This document shows, in pieces, positions 8,670 through 20,092 of a stretch of DNA of 39,438 nucleotides. Each line of letters begins with the position of its first letter. Position 1 is the stretch's first letter. The stretch covers positions 1-39,438 of the forward strand of contig JAODMV010000011.1 in NCBI GenBank assembly GCA_025464875.1, read 5' to 3'. Source of the DNA: Arthrobacter sp. (lineage in GTDB: Bacteria > Actinomycetota > Actinomycetes > Actinomycetales > Micrococcaceae). The translations under genes were made by a program, and so were the position numbers. The notes beneath the pieces were generated by a model that worked only from the letters and a program-made list of their open reading frames with translations, did not search any database and had not been told where the DNA came from.

Positions 8670-9707
8670 CTAGCTCTTGCGGGCGTAGCCTTCCCACTTG
8701 CTGGCCTGGTGCTCGCCGTCCACGAAGCGGATCGTGCCGGACTTGGAGCGCATCACGATGGACTGTGTGAGGACCTTGTCCTTGGAGTAGCGAACGCCCT
8801 TGAGGAGGTCGCCGTCGGTGATGCCGGTGGCGGCGAAGTAGCAGTTGTCGCTCGAGACGAGGTCGTTGGTGGAGAGCACCCGGTCGAGATCGTGGCCGGC
8901 GTCGATGGCTTTCTGCTTCTCGTCATCGCTCGTGGGCCACAGCCGGCCCTGGATCACGCCGCCGAGGGACTTGATGGCGCAGGCCGCCACGATGCCTTCC
9001 GGTGTTCCGCCGATACCCATGAGGGCATCGACCCCGGTGCCGGCGCGTGCGGCGGCGATGGCACCGGCGACGTCGCCGTCCATGATGAACTTCGTGCGGG
9101 CGCCGGCCTCGCGGATTTCCTCCACGAGCGGGCGGTGACGGTCGCGGTCCAGGATCATCACGTTGAGCTGGTTGACCTTGACGCCCTTGGCCTTGGCGAT
9201 GAGGTGCAGGTTCTGCTTGACCGGCAGGCGCAGGTCAACCATGTCGGCCGCTTCCGGGCCGGTCACGAGCTTCTCCATGTAGAACACGGCGGAAGGGTCG
9301 AACATGGAGCCGCGCTCGGCCACCGCCAGGACGGCCAGGGCGTTGTTGATGCCGAGGGCGGTCAGGCGCGTGCCGTCGATCGGGTCGACGGCGACGTCGC
9401 ACTCGGGCCCGGTGCCGTCGCCGACACGCTCTCCGTTGAAGAGCATCGGGGCTTCGTCCTTTTCGCCCTCGCCGATGACAACGACACCGTTGAAGTGCAC
9501 GGTCTGCAGGAACGAGCGCATGGCGTCGACGGCGGCGCCGTCGGCCTTGTTCTTGTCCCCGAAGCCAACCCAGTGGCCACCGGCAATGGCCGCGGCTTCG
9601 GTGACACGGACCAGTTCCAGTGCAAGGTTGCGGTCAGGCTCGTCGATCCCGACGGCGAGCGAGGGGGAAAGCGTGGAGTACTTCTGGGACATCGGCGCTT
9701 GTGTCAC
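8670..9707 (-). CDS. glpX: Fructose-1,6-bisphosphatase class II
   Basis: DRNLALELVRVTEAAA, VVIGEGEKDEAPML, DVAVDPIDGT, GIGGTPEG and FAATGITDG motifs. Confidence 0.97.
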   Translation of the reverse strand: MTQAPMSQKYSTLSPSLAVGIDEPDRNLALELVRVTEAAAIAGGHWVGFGDKNKADGAAVDAMRSFLQTVHFNGVVVIGEGEKDEAPMLFNGERVGDGTGPECDVAVDPIDGTRLTALGINNALAVLAVAERGSMFDPSAVFYMEKLVTGPEAADMVDLRLPVKQNLHLIAKAKGVKVNQLNVMILDRDRHRPLVEEIREAGARTKFIMDGDVAGAIAAARAGTGVDALMGIGGTPEGIVAACAIKSLGGVIQGRLWPTSDDEKQKAIDAGHDLDRVLSTNDLVSSDNCYFAATGITDGDLLKGVRYSKDKVLTQSIVMRSKSGTIRFVDGEHQASKWEGYARKS

Positions 9708-9827
9708 GTGAACCTCTTCTTCGAGTGGCGATCATTGAACCCGTACGGCCGGGTGGAACCGTCGCGGTGCTTCGTCTGATACTGATCATAGTCGCGGCAG
9801 CATCTTCAGGACATTGGATGACGACGC

Positions 9828-9843
9828 CGTGAAGCACGTCACC
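9828..9843. promoter_or_regulatory. CRP/GlxR-like site between glpX and the DUF4245 gene
   Basis: CGTGA-AGCACG-TCACC with a perfect GTGA-N6-TCAC core; candidate glpX -10 TATGAT on the minus strand at 9785-9790. Confidence 0.4.
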
Positions 9844-9904
9844 CCCGCGGCCGGCCGGCCCTGCCGACTGTGAGATCGGCACCCTCATGGGCGAGTATAG
9901 AGGG

Positions 9905-10585
9905 GTGAGTGAATTGCAGGACAGGTCCCCCGCCCAAGGTTCCGCGGCCGGCGGAGCCGCCCCGGAAACGACGGCCGCATCCGGCCAGCCGAAGCCCGTT
10001 CTTGCCGCCGCAGCGGCGAAACGGGCGAACGCGTCCGTGATCGGCATGATCATTGCCCTGGCCGTGAGCATCGCCGCTTTCCTGCCCATCGTCCTGATGA
10101 ACCCGGCGCCGAAGTCCGACGGCTACCGGCCCGACGTCAATGTCAGCGCCGTTGCGCAGAACGCCGCGGGTGTGGCTGGATTCACACCCGCGGCCCCGGA
10201 ACCCGGCGACACATTCCGCGCCAATTACGCCCGCTGGGAATCCGGTACAGCCAGCGGAGTGGCCACATGGGAGGTCGGCTACCTCACCCCCAAGGAGTCC
10301 TTCATCGGGCTGGTGCAGACGCGCCAGCCCAACCCCACCTGGCTGCTGCAGCAGACGAACAACGCCCCGGTGACCGGAACGCGGAACGCCGGCGGTCTGG
10401 ACTGGGAACTGCGCGACAGCGGCAAGGGCGAGAAGAGCATGGTGCTCGTCCACCGCGGCACCACCGTCATCCTGACCGGGACGGCGCAGCTGGACGAGTT
10501 CTCGGTGCTGGCAGCCGCCGTCGTGAAGTCCCTGGACAGCAGCCCGGAAGCAACAGTTTCGCCCTCCGCCACGCCTTCCCCGTAA
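9905..10585 (+). CDS. DUF4245 family membrane-anchored protein
   Basis: Single TM segment (GMIIALAVSIAAFLPIVL), then ANYARW, WEVGYLTP and TVILTGTA; usual divergent neighbour of glpX in actinobacteria; GTG 9905 lies 6 nt after GAGTAT. Confidence 0.75.
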   Translation: MSELQDRSPAQGSAAGGAAPETTAASGQPKPVLAAAAAKRANASVIGMIIALAVSIAAFLPIVLMNPAPKSDGYRPDVNVSAVAQNAAGVAGFTPAAPEPGDTFRANYARWESGTASGVATWEVGYLTPKESFIGLVQTRQPNPTWLLQQTNNAPVTGTRNAGGLDWELRDSGKGEKSMVLVHRGTTVILTGTAQLDEFSVLAAAVVKSLDSSPEATVSPSATPSP

Positions 10586-10594
10586 AGTGGGCCC

Positions 10595-11209
10595 GTGGCC
10601 ACTTATCTGACTCCTACTCTTGCCTGGCGCCGTCTCCGCGAAGGCAACGACCGTTTCGTGTCCGGGGAATCCCTCCATCCGAACCAGGACGCCTCCCGCC
10701 GCTCCTCGCTCGTGGAGCACCAGCACCCCTTCGCCGTGATCTTCGGCTGCGCGGACTCCCGGCTCGCCGCCGAGATCATCTTCGATCTGGGCCTGGGCGA
10801 CGCCTTCGTGGTCCGCACGGCCGGGCAGGTGATCGACGACGCCGTCCTGGGCTCGCTCGAATACTCCATCAGCGTGCTGGGCGTGCCGCTGATCGTCGTG
10901 CTCGGACATGACAGCTGCGGCGCCGTCATCGCCACCAAGTCGGCCGTCGACACGGGGCAGATGCCCGTCGGGTTCATCCGCGACCTGGTGGAACGCATCA
11001 CCCCCTCGGTGCTGACCGCGCGGCGCAACGGCCAGGAAGACGTCAACGACATGGTGGTGGAGCATGTCAAGCAGACCTCGCAGCGCCTGGTGGACAGTTC
11101 CCGTGTGATTTCCGCCGCAATCGACAGCGGCCGGGCAGCGGTGATCGGGCTCTCCTACCGGCTGGCCGAGGGCAGGGCGGACCTGGTTTCCGGAATCGGC
11201 GAACTCTAG
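10595..11209 (+). CDS. Beta-class carbonic anhydrase
   Basis: LREGNDRF, FGCADSR, DAFVVRTAG and LGHDSCGAV zinc motifs; TAAAGT 6 nt before the GTG. Confidence 0.93.
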   Translation: MATYLTPTLAWRRLREGNDRFVSGESLHPNQDASRRSSLVEHQHPFAVIFGCADSRLAAEIIFDLGLGDAFVVRTAGQVIDDAVLGSLEYSISVLGVPLIVVLGHDSCGAVIATKSAVDTGQMPVGFIRDLVERITPSVLTARRNGQEDVNDMVVEHVKQTSQRLVDSSRVISAAIDSGRAAVIGLSYRLAEGRADLVSGIGEL

Positions 11210-11282
11210 GGCACCGGCCGGCGGTCCGAGGGCCGCGGTTCACGGTTTTCGATGCAGGGCCCGATCGTCCTAAGCTAACCCC

Positions 11283-12725
11283 ATGACTTCCACTGAAGAA
11301 TTCCGCATTGAACATGACACGATGGGCGAAGTTCGCGTCCCGGCGAAGGCCCTGTACCGCGCCCAGACGCAGCGTGCAGTAGAGAATTTCCCGATCTCCG
11401 GCAAGACCCTTGAACGCGCCCACATCGAGGCCCTCGCGCGCGTCAAGAAGGCTGCGGCCCAGGCCAACGCAGAACTGGGAGTGCTCGACGACGAGTTGGC
11501 CCAGGCGATTGCCGCCGCCGCCGATGAGGTTGCTGCCGGGAAGTACGACGGCGACTTCCCCATCGACGTCTTCCAGACGGGCTCCGGCACGTCTTCCAAC
11601 ATGAACACCAACGAGGTCCTCGCCGAGCTCGCCTCCCGCGCCCTCAAGGCCGCCGGCAGCGACAAGGTGGTCCACCCGAACGACCACGTCAACGCCTCGC
11701 AGTCCTCCAACGACGTCTTCCCCACCTCGGTCCACGTGGCCGCCACGTCCGCGCTGATCAATGACCTCATTCCGGCGCTCGGCTACCTGGCGGACTCGCT
11801 GGAGCGCAAGGCCGTCGAGTTCAAGGACGTCGTCAAGTCCGGCCGCACGCACCTCATGGACGCCACCCCCGTGACGCTGGGCCAGGAGTTCGGCGGCTAC
11901 GCCGCCCAGGTCCGTTACGGCATCGAGCGCATCAATGCCTCCCTCCCCCGCGTCGCCGAGGTCCCGCTGGGCGGCACCGCCGTCGGCACCGGCATCAACA
12001 CCCCCGCCGGGTTCCCGGAGCGCGTCATCGAGCTGCTCGCAGCCGACACCGGCCTGCCGCTGACCGAGGCCCGCAACCACTTCGAGGCCCAGGCCAACCG
12101 CGACGGCCTGATCGAGGCCTCCAGCCAGCTGCGCAACATCGCGATCTCCTTCATGAAGATCAACAACGACCTGCGCTGGATGGGCTCCGGCCCCAACACC
12201 GGCCTGGGCGAAATCGCCATCCCGGACCTGCAGCCGGGCTCCTCGATCATGCCCGGCAAGGTCAACCCCGTCATCTGTGAGGCCTCCATCATGGTGGCCG
12301 CCCAGGTCATCGGCAACGACACCGCCATCGCCTGGTCCGGCACCAACGGCGCCTTCGAACTGAACGTCGGCATCCCCGTCATGGCCGCCAACCTGCTGGA
12401 GTCCATCCGCCTGCTGGCGAACACCAGCCGGGTCATGGCCGACAAGATGATTGACGGCATCACCGCCAACGTCGAGCGCGCCCGCTTCCTCGCCGAGGCG
12501 TCTCCGTCCATCGTCACCCCGCTGAACAAGTTCATCGGCTACGAGAACGCCGCCAAGATCGCCAAGAAGGCCGTGGCCGAGGGCCTGACCATCCGCGAGA
12601 CCGTTGTGGCCATGGGGTTCCTGGAGCGCGGCGAACTGAGCGAAGAGCAGCTGGACACCGCCCTGGACGTCATGTCCATGACCCGCCCGCCGCACCTGGC
12701 GGAATCAACAGGTGTGACCAAATAG
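11283..12725 (+). CDS. fumC: Fumarate hydratase class II
   Basis: [31 protein letters not shown] and [11 protein letters not shown] signature; TAAGCT 6 nt before the ATG. Confidence 0.97.
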   Translation: MTSTEEFRIEHDTMGEVRVPAKALYRAQTQRAVENFPISGKTLERAHIEALARVKKAAAQANAELGVLDDELAQAIAAAADEVAAGKYDGDFPIDVFQTGSGTSSNMNTNEVLAELASRALKAAGSDKVVHPNDHVNASQSSNDVFPTSVHVAATSALINDLIPALGYLADSLERKAVEFKDVVKSGRTHLMDATPVTLGQEFGGYAAQVRYGIERINASLPRVAEVPLGGTAVGTGINTPAGFPERVIELLAADTGLPLTEARNHFEAQANRDGLIEASSQLRNIAISFMKINNDLRWMGSGPNTGLGEIAIPDLQPGSSIMPGKVNPVICEASIMVAAQVIGNDTAIAWSGTNGAFELNVGIPVMAANLLESIRLLANTSRVMADKMIDGITANVERARFLAEASPSIVTPLNKFIGYENAAKIAKKAVAEGLTIRETVVAMGFLERGELSEEQLDTALDVMSMTRPPHLAESTGVTK

Positions 12726-12752
12726 CTCGGACGGAGCAGCCCTAGGGCCACT

Positions 12753-12801
12753 ACGACGGCGGCCGGCACCTTTCCCAGTGAAAGGCGCCGGCCGCCGTCG
12801 T
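12753..12801. terminator. Bidirectional hairpin terminator between convergent fumC and vWA genes
   Basis: 22-bp arms ACGACGGCGGCCGGCACCTTTC / GAAAGGCGCCGGCCGCCGTCGT with one mismatch. Confidence 0.75.
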
Positions 12802-12808
12802 GTGGTGC

Positions 12809-13474
12809 CTAGACTGGACCCTGTCCCCCGGCAGCACGCCGCTCCTCCGCCGTGTAGGCCGCCGCCGCCGAAGCGTCCGCCAGGCTGGCACCGCCGATGC
12901 GCGCCTCGCGCAGCCGTCGGGTCTTCGCTGACTGGACGGAGAAGGCCGCGTCCACGTTGCCGGCCGCGTAGGTCAGGGCGTCTTCGGCCCGGATGCCGAG
13001 GTCGCGGGCCGTCAGCACGGCATCCTGGTTGGCGCCAAGATACGTGAACTGCCAGCCCCACTGGCTCTGCTGCCGCTCGACCAGCGCCTTCACCATGGCG
13101 CCGTTGGCTTCGCGCGAGGAGTTCTCGTGGCCGTCGGTCAGGATTGCCACGAGCACGGTGCCGGGGCGCTCGTCTTCCGGGAGCCCCGCCAGCTCGGCGC
13201 CGGCTTCCCCGATCAGCCGCACCATGGCATCGTGCAGGGCCGTCATGCCCCGGGGCCGCAGGTCCAAGGGCGGCACGTCCTGGATGTCCACCGAGGCATA
13301 CACCCGCTCATAGCTGTCATCGAACTGCGCCAGGGACAGCTTGCATCTGCCGGCCACGGACTGCTGGTCGCGGACAAAGGCCGCGAACCCGCCCACGGTG
13401 TCGTCGGCGATGGCGCTCATCGATCCGGAGCGGTCCAGTAGGACGTATACGTGCGTGAGCGATGAGTCTGTCAT
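12809..13474 (-). CDS. Standalone von Willebrand factor A (vWA) domain protein
   Basis: MIDAS motif DRSGS, G.TAL.DA, ILTDGHENSS and YLGANQDA; no signal peptide or TM segment. Confidence 0.85.
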   Translation of the reverse strand: MTDSSLTHVYVLLDRSGSMSAIADDTVGGFAAFVRDQQSVAGRCKLSLAQFDDSYERVYASVDIQDVPPLDLRPRGMTALHDAMVRLIGEAGAELAGLPEDERPGTVLVAILTDGHENSSREANGAMVKALVERQQSQWGWQFTYLGANQDAVLTARDLGIRAEDALTYAAGNVDAAFSVQSAKTRRLREARIGGASLADASAAAAYTAEERRAAGGQGPV

Positions 13475-13506
13475 GCTTCCCCATTTCCGGCGCGGGCGCG
13501 TCCCGA

Positions 13507-13569
13507 GCCGATTAATCCGTGCCGATTAATTCGTGCCAGTTAATTCGTGCCAGTTAATCCGTGCCAGTT
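13507..13569. repeat. 14-bp tandem repeat x4.5 (GCCRRTTAATYCGT)
   Basis: Units start at 13507, 13521, 13535, 13549 and 13563 (partial). Confidence 0.9.
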
Positions 13570-13596
13570 GGTTCCAGCGGAGGGCTGGACAGGGAC

Positions 13597-13619
13597 AGGC
13601 TACGGCCGGGCACCGACAA
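13597..13619 (-). promoter_or_regulatory. PafBC-type (RecA-independent DNA damage) promoter
   Basis: Minus strand TTGTCGGTG-CCCGGCCG-TAGCCT, an exact fit to tTGTCRgtg-N8-TANNNT; points toward the vWA gene. Confidence 0.7.
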
Positions 13620-13637
13620 TAAGGCCGGATCACGCAA

Positions 13638-13666
13638 CTTTGCACTTATTTTGCTTCAGTGCAAAG
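13638..13666. promoter_or_regulatory. TetR-type operator overlapping the tetR-MFS promoter
   Basis: Perfect inverted repeat CTTTGCACT-N11-AGTGCAAAG overlapping -35 TTGCAC (13640-13645) and -10 AAGATT (13664-13669). Confidence 0.65.
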
Positions 13667-13675
13667 ATTCACTAT

Positions 13676-16014
<2,339 letters not shown>

Positions 16015-16100
16015 CCGCCGCCCGGTGCCGGGCGGCGGCGCGAAACGCCGCCCCGGAACCCGTTGCAGGGACGCCGCAACCATTGGGGGTGCGGCGTCCC
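16015..16100. terminator. Two GC-rich hairpins between convergent MFS and Nudix genes
   Basis: CCGCCGCCCGG/CCGGGCGGCGG (16015-16038) and GGGACGCCGCA/TGCGGCGTCCC (16068-16100). Confidence 0.55.
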
Positions 16101-16127
16101 CGCGCCGGCCGGCCGATGCGGCCCAAG

Positions 16128-16598
16128 TCACCGCTGGAAGTGCGCGGGCCCTTCGGGCCGGGCGGCCCGCTCGACCGCCTCCCGATGGCCGGGCATGAGC
16201 TCGGGGACATCTTCCCGCCCGAACCAGCCCACGGCCAGGGATTCCTCGTCGTTCACCCGTGCCCGGCCGGATACGTACCGGCAGCGGAACACGAGCGTCA
16301 GGTACTGGCAGGCGTCGCCGTTGGGGTAGGTGACCGACCCCGCCGCGTCCACCGAAACGAGCCGCTCGGCAACAGCTACCACGCCGGTCTCCTCCAGAAT
16401 CTCGCGCAGCAGCCCCGGGGCCGGTTCCTCTCCGGGCTCCAGGATGCCCGCGATAAGCCCCCAGCGGCCGTTGTCCGCCCGCTGCCCGAGCAGGACCCGG
16501 CCGTCGCCGTCGAACACCACGCCCCTTACCGACGGAATCCAGAGGCTCTCGTGGCCGATCTTTTCGCGCAGCTTGAGGATGAACTCGGGTGTCGCCAT
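16128..16598 (-). CDS. NUDIX hydrolase
   Basis: Nudix box GILEPGEEPAPGLLREILEETG; TAGGCT 6 nt before the ATG on the minus strand. Confidence 0.9.
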   Translation of the reverse strand: MATPEFILKLREKIGHESLWIPSVRGVVFDGDGRVLLGQRADNGRWGLIAGILEPGEEPAPGLLREILEETGVVAVAERLVSVDAAGSVTYPNGDACQYLTLVFRCRYVSGRARVNDEESLAVGWFGREDVPELMPGHREAVERAARPEGPAHFQR

Positions 16599-16626
16599 GC
16601 GGCCAGCCTAGCCGCCGTCGGCCCCG

Positions 16627-17187
16627 TCAGGAGGCCGGGAGCAGCAGCATGGCGGCGGCGCTGCCGGCGAGCATGAAGGGCCCGAAGGGGATGCTCGATT
16701 TCAGTGTTCCGCGCCGCGCGGCAAGGAGGCCCAGGCTCCAAAGCCCGCCGAACACGAACGCCGCAGCGGTGCCTGCCACAACGTGCGGCCAGCCCAGGAA
16801 CCCCAGGTACATTCCCAGGACCCCGGCCAATTTCACATCGCCAAACCCCATGCCCGGCGGATAGACGGCCCGGAGGAGGAAATAGAACAGCCAGAGCGCC
16901 CCTCCCCCGGCCACAACGCGCAGCCCCGGCACGCCGAAGAGCCCGGCGCCGCCGCCGGGCGTGGCCGCAGGGGCGACGCCCAGGAACGCCTGGCTCGCGG
17001 CGGCGCCGAGCAGGAGGACCCCCGCGACCGCATAGGAGGGAAAAACTATCCGGTTCGGCAGCAGGTGGTGCCGGACGTCGATGACGGTGAGCCGGACGGC
17101 CATGACCGCAAAATACGCGCAGGCGGCAAGCACCAGCCAGAAGGCCGGGCTACCGGCCGCTCCGAGTTCGCCAAGTCGTTGGATCAC
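16627..17187 (-). CDS. A24 (prepilin peptidase-type) aspartic peptidase, catalytic domain only
   Basis: IDVRHHLLPN, GMGFGDVKLA and IPFGPFM motifs; TAGCAT 6 nt before the GTG. Confidence 0.88.
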   Translation of the reverse strand: MIQRLGELGAAGSPAFWLVLAACAYFAVMAVRLTVIDVRHHLLPNRIVFPSYAVAGVLLLGAAASQAFLGVAPAATPGGGAGLFGVPGLRVVAGGGALWLFYFLLRAVYPPGMGFGDVKLAGVLGMYLGFLGWPHVVAGTAAAFVFGGLWSLGLLAARRGTLKSSIPFGPFMLAGSAAAMLLLPAS

Positions 17188-17246
17188 CCTCGGATGCTAC
17201 TGGATATTCCCCCGGCCGGGGCCGGCTCCGCGCGTAAACTGTGGAT

Positions 17247-18077
17247 ATGGCCGCATGGGACAGCAGGAACCGGCGTGAGCCGCGCACGCCCGGGGATCCC
17301 GCGGAGCGGGCGGCCGCGTTCCGGAACCTGTGCCGCTCCTCGCCCTGGAAGTGGCAGTCGCTGCGGTTCGAATACCTCGACCGGCCCGTTCCCGACTCTT
17401 CCCCGGCCGCCGCCGGAGACGACGTGGCACCGGATCTGGTCCGGGCCTGGCTGCGACGCCCCGGCGCCCTCCGGCTGGAGACCGCCGACGGGCTGGTCCT
17501 CCACAGCACCACCGGCATCAATGATTCGCGGGACGGCCTCTACGTCAGTTCCACCCGGAAATCCTGGCTTCTCCCGCCGCAGCTGGTCACCCCGGTCTAC
17601 GACGGCGGCGGCCTGGTCCGGCGCCGTCCGGAGGCCGCCTACGGCGAACCCTGCTTCGGCAACGGCCGCTTCGCCGCCGCCCTGGACCCCGTGGAGCTGG
17701 CAGGGAACGCCCCGGTCCCCCTCGAATTCCCGCATTCCAATGCGGTGGAACTGGGACCCATCACCGAGGTCGACCACGAGGGCCGGCCCGCGCTGGAAAC
17801 CACCGCCAGCCCCAACCCGGGCTACCGCCCCGCCGATCCCGACGCGCCGCTCTGCCGGCCGGGACGCACCCTGCTGCGGGTCGACGCCGGCACCGGCGTC
17901 TGCGTCGCAAGCCGCTGGCTGGAGGATGAGCCCGCCGGGTACGGCCACTACTTGCGGCTCCTGGCCGTGGACGAGTACATGCTGGACGACCTGTTCCTGG
18001 CCGAGTCCATGAACCTCACCGACGTGCGCCGGCACATCAGCTGGGACGTGCCGAGGGACGCCGGCCCGGTCGCTTGA
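17247..18077 (+). CDS. Conserved hypothetical protein
   Basis: 276 aa with strong GC3 bias; TAAACT 6 nt before ATG 17247; no family recognised. Confidence 0.75.
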   Translation: MAAWDSRNRREPRTPGDPAERAAAFRNLCRSSPWKWQSLRFEYLDRPVPDSSPAAAGDDVAPDLVRAWLRRPGALRLETADGLVLHSTTGINDSRDGLYVSSTRKSWLLPPQLVTPVYDGGGLVRRRPEAAYGEPCFGNGRFAAALDPVELAGNAPVPLEFPHSNAVELGPITEVDHEGRPALETTASPNPGYRPADPDAPLCRPGRTLLRVDAGTGVCVASRWLEDEPAGYGHYLRLLAVDEYMLDDLFLAESMNLTDVRRHISWDVPRDAGPVA

Positions 18078-18184
18078 CGCCTGCTCCCCCGCTCGTCGCC
18101 CTCGCACGTCACCGCCGCCCGTTGCGCCGGTCCCGACGGCAAGGGTCCGTCGCAGTTGTGCCTGAGGGCCGGAATTGGGGCTTT

Positions 18185-18307
18185 TTGATCGGAGCCTGCC
18201 AGCGCTCAGAATGCGTCCACAACGATCATCTGATGTGCCAGGCACCGGAAGTCCAGGTGGGCCCCGGCGCTGACAACGCCGACTGCCTCGCCTACGCACA
18301 CGGTTAG
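18185..18307 (+). pseudogene. 3' remnant of a DUF1540-type cysteine-rich protein
   Basis: IGACQRSECVHNDHLMCQAPEVQVGPGADNADCLAY matches one C-x4-C-x2-N-x4-C..C repeat; no convincing start or first repeat upstream. Confidence 0.55.
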
Positions 18308-18372
18308 CCCTAGGCGGGTCAGCAGGCCGAGCAGGGCGGCCGGGCCGGCCTATCCGCCGCAGGCGGTGAAGC

Positions 18373-19815
18373 CTAGATCTGCGCCCCCTCGAGCAGCTCG
18401 GTCACCAGGGCCGCAATCGGTGATCGCTCCGAGCGGGTGAGGGTGATGTGGCCGAAGAGCGGATGCCCCTTCAACGTCTCGACGACGGCGGCCACGCCGT
18501 CGTGCCGGCCGACCCGCAGGTTGTCCCGCTGGGCGACATCGTGGGTCAGCACGATCTTCGAGTTCTGGCCGATCCGGCTCATCACCGTCAGCAGCACGTT
18601 CTTCTCCAGGGATTGCGCCTCGTCCACGATCACGAAGGCGTCGTGCAGCGAGCGCCCGCGGATGTGGGTCAGCGGCAGAACCTCGAGCATGCCCCGGTCC
18701 ATCACCTCCTCCACGACTTCCTGGCTGACCAGCGCACCGAGGGTGTCGAAGACAGCCTGTGCCCACGGATTCATCTTTTCGGCCTCGGAGCCGGGCAGGT
18801 AGCCCAGTTCCTGGCCGCCCACGGCGTACAGCGGCCGGAACACGATGACCTTGCGGTGCTCCCTCCGCTCCAGGACGGCCTCGAGCCCGGCGCACAAGGC
18901 CAGCGCCGACTTGCCGGTGCCGGCGCGGCCGCCGAGGGACACGATGCCCACGCACGGGTCCATCAGGAGGTCGATCGCGAGCCGCTGCTCGGCCGATCGC
19001 CCGTGCAGCCCGAAGACGTCGCGGTCCCCCTTCACCAGGCGGACCTGCTTGTCCGGCCCCACCCGGCCCAGGGCCGAACCGCGGCCGGACAGCACCACCA
19101 GGCCGGTGTTTGTCGGCATTTCGGCGGCTGCCGGGAGAAAGACCGGCTCGTGCCCGTAGAGGGCCACCACCTCCTCCTCGCCCGCATCCACCTCGGCGAT
19201 GCCGGTCCAGCCGGAATCCTGAACGAGTTCGCTGCGGTACTCGTCGGCCAGCAGCCCCATGGCTGAGGCCTTGACGCGCATCGGCAGGTCCTTGGACACC
19301 ACGGTCACGTGCCTGCCCTCGTTGGCCAGGTTCTTCGCGACGGCCAGGATCCGGCTGTCGTTGTCGCCGCCGCGGAATCCGGCCGGAAGCACCTCGGCAG
19401 AGATGTGGTTCATCTCGACCAGGAGCGTCCCGCCCTCGTGCCCCAGCGGGATGGGCCGGTCCAGCCCGCCGTGTTCGACGCGCAGGTCATCCAGGAGCCG
19501 GAGCGCCTTGCGGGCGAAGTAGCCCAGCTCCGGGTCATGCCGCTTGGCTTCGAGCTCGGTGATGACGACGATCGGCAGGATGACCTCGTGCTCGGCGAAG
19601 CGCAGCAGTGCCCGCGGGTCCGAGAGCAGCACCGAGGTGTCGATCACAAAGCTCCGGGCGGTGCCCTGGCCTGCTGCTTCTTCCCCGGAAACAGCAGGAC
19701 CGGCCGCAGCGGACGAATCCGCTGCGCCGGTCTTTGAGGTGGCTCGCTTGGCGCGAGAGGTAGCTTTCCGGCCCTGGTCGGAAATGACGCCGGGCAGTTG
19801 TTCAGAAATAGCCAC
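18373..19815 (-). CDS. PhoH2-type protein (PIN nuclease domain plus PhoH ATPase/helicase)
   Basis: PIN motifs FVIDTSVLL and DNDSRIL, VVSKD; Walker A GRAGTGKS; LGYLPG, HIRGRSL and DEAQ; GTG 19815 follows GGAG. Confidence 0.93.
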   Translation of the reverse strand: MAISEQLPGVISDQGRKATSRAKRATSKTGAADSSAAAGPAVSGEEAAGQGTARSFVIDTSVLLSDPRALLRFAEHEVILPIVVITELEAKRHDPELGYFARKALRLLDDLRVEHGGLDRPIPLGHEGGTLLVEMNHISAEVLPAGFRGGDNDSRILAVAKNLANEGRHVTVVSKDLPMRVKASAMGLLADEYRSELVQDSGWTGIAEVDAGEEEVVALYGHEPVFLPAAAEMPTNTGLVVLSGRGSALGRVGPDKQVRLVKGDRDVFGLHGRSAEQRLAIDLLMDPCVGIVSLGGRAGTGKSALALCAGLEAVLERREHRKVIVFRPLYAVGGQELGYLPGSEAEKMNPWAQAVFDTLGALVSQEVVEEVMDRGMLEVLPLTHIRGRSLHDAFVIVDEAQSLEKNVLLTVMSRIGQNSKIVLTHDVAQRDNLRVGRHDGVAAVVETLKGHPLFGHITLTRSERSPIAALVTELLEGAQI

Positions 19816-19828
19816 ATCGACTCCAGCC

Positions 19829-19964
19829 CCGGGCGCATGCCCGGAATTGTTAGTGGTGAGGCGGCTCGGCCTGGAGGCCGGTCGCGGCCCCCCATACATC
19901 CGGTGCGAAAATCCGCTCCATGTACTGGCCTCCCCGATTGGCCGGCGAATTGCCTGCCAATGGG
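19829..19964 (-). other. Candidate structured 5' leader of phoH2
   Basis: Four consecutive hairpins between a TACCGT -10 candidate (19968-19973, minus strand) and the start codon. Confidence 0.4.
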
Positions 19965-20092
19965 ACTACGGTAAATCTCCGACGCTTGGTTTTCCTACTT
20001 ATCGTTCGGCGATTCTTGTTGCCGCCGCACGAACTCTTGCGGGTTCGCCTCGTCCGGCGCCGGAGGGCGGTCCCGGGCCCGGTTCGTGGGCC

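Noticed and set aside
13507-13569. Tandem arrays (also 24332-24374 and 27336-27421) as CRISPR arrays
   Set aside because: Units are 14 bp, directly adjacent, with no unique spacers and no cas genes in the window.
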